Made by a program: the position numbers and the translations under genes. A stretch of DNA of 36,209 nt from Brevundimonas sp. (GTDB lineage Bacteria; Pseudomonadota; Alphaproteobacteria; Caulobacterales; Caulobacteraceae), in the NCBI GenBank assembly GCA_036387575.1, contig DASVTM010000448.1, positions 1-36,209 of the forward strand. The letters are read 5' to 3'. This document shows positions 35,239 to 36,209 of the stretch, in pieces. The notes below the pieces were generated by a model. It saw only the letters and a list, made by a program, of their open reading frames with translations, had not been told where the DNA came from and made no database searches. How positions within the stretch are numbered: position 1 is the stretch's first letter; every line of letters starts with the position of its first letter.

Positions 35239-36209
35239 ATGCCCGATGTCGTCACCTCTACCCAGACCGCTGGCCTGTTCATGGGCCAGTCCAATGACAG
35301 CGGCGCAGGCGTGCCTGAAATCCTGCTGTGGCAGCGCGCCAACCGGCATGGGGTCATCGCCGGGGCCACCGGTACAGGCAAGACCGTGACGCTCCAGATT
35401 TTGGCCCAGGGCTTCTCCGACGCCGGTGTGCCGGTCTTCTGCGCCGACGTTAAGGGCGACCTTTCAGGCATCAGTCAGCCGGGCTCGCCGAACGAAAAGC
35501 TTCTGGCCCGCGCCGCAGGCATGGGGCTAACGCTCAACCCGAAGGCCGCACCGACGGTGTTCTGGGACCTGTATGGCCAGAAAGGCCATCCGGTCCGGGC
35601 GACGGTCAGTGAAATCGGGCCGTTGCTGATGGCGCGGATGCTGGATCTGAACGACGTGCAGGAGGGTGTTCTGACGGTCGCCTTCCACGTCGCGGACAAG
35701 GAGGGCTTGCTGCTGCTGGATCTCGACGACCTGCGCTCGATGCTGATCTATGTGGCCGAGAACGCGGCGAAGATCGGCCGGGAAGTCGGCAATGTGGCTC
35801 CGGCCTCGATCGCCTCGATCCAGCGCGCCTTGCTTCAGCTTGAACAGGACGGCGGCGACGCCTTCTTCGGCGAGCCGGCGCTGCGGCTGACGGACATGAT
35901 GCGCACAGGTCTGGACGGGCGGGGTCAGGTCAATGTGCTGGACTCGACCCGGCTGATGAACAGCCCGCGTCTTTATGGGGCGTTCCTGCTGTGGCTGCTG
36001 TCGGAACTGTTCGAGCAACTGCCCGAGATCGGCGACCCCGAGAAGCCGAAGCTGGTCTTCTTCTTCGACGAGGCTCACCTGCTGTTCCGCGATGCGCCCA
36101 AGCCTTTGCTGGAGAAAGTCGAGCAGGTGGTGCGGCTGATCCGATCCAAGGGCGTGGGCATCTATTTCATCACCCAGAACCCGGCTGACATTCCCGACAG
36201 CGTGCTGGC
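35239..36209 (+). CDS. DUF853 / YjgR HerA-like P-loop ATPase (truncated at window edge)
   Basis: Manual translation: MPDVVT...[20 protein letters not shown]...DVKGDLSG...[15 protein letters not shown]...[17 protein letters not shown]; GGAG RBS. Confidence 0.92.
   Translation, partial: MPDVVTSTQTAGLFMGQSNDSGAGVPEILLWQRANRHGVIAGATGTGKTVTLQILAQGFSDAGVPVFCADVKGDLSGISQPGSPNEKLLARAAGMGLTLNPKAAPTVFWDLYGQKGHPVRATVSEIGPLLMARMLDLNDVQEGVLTVAFHVADKEGLLLLDLDDLRSMLIYVAENAAKIGREVGNVAPASIASIQRALLQLEQDGGDAFFGEPALRLTDMMRTGLDGRGQVNVLDSTRLMNSPRLYGAFLLWLLSELFEQLPEIGDPEKPKLVFFFDEAHLLFRDAPKPLLEKVEQVVRLIRSKGVGIYFITQNPADIPDSVL

Noticed and set aside
1-36209. Plus-strand skew of GGGCAGGG (KOPS-like) octamers; also searched for CRISPR arrays, IS elements, tRNA, parS and LexA boxes
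   Set aside because: The octamer skew can be explained by Leu-Pro codons in minus-strand genes; none of the other elements was found by manual reading.

Overview
High-GC alphaproteobacterial chromosome segment, most consistent with Caulobacteraceae (Brevundimonas-like) from gene content and protein similarity recalled from memory; no database search was run. It is mostly core genome: partial TetA-like MFS, S9 peptidase, infC (ATT start), GT9 glycosyltransferase, two alpha/beta hydrolases, OsmC, trpS, murJ, glnD, a CAP-domain protein, mutS, a KidO-like pseudo-aldo-keto reductase, maiA/FAH, dsbD-like, a LysR/MFS pair, large NAD-glutamate dehydrogenase (GdhZ-like), an outer-membrane beta-barrel, an AI-2E transporter and a partial DUF853 ATPase. 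I saw no mobile element, prophage, CRISPR array, tRNA or rRNA. The most interesting signals are regulatory. (1) An unannotated ~130-nt minus-strand intergenic RNA candidate (33754-33882) has three hairpins with C-rich anti-Shine-Dalgarno loops and an RpoH/RpoD-like promoter, resembling cuckoo/alpha-r14/CcsR-type sRNAs. (2) Four perfect GGAAC-N16-CGTT (SigT/EcfG) promoters lie within 3.7 kb and define a general-stress membrane cluster, including an apparently leaderless DAG-kinase/metallophosphoesterase operon. (3) A 51-codon, probably leaderless uORF is coupled by ATGA to a hypothetical gene. (4) A potentially bistable C-rich RNA structure lies in the gdh 3' UTR.
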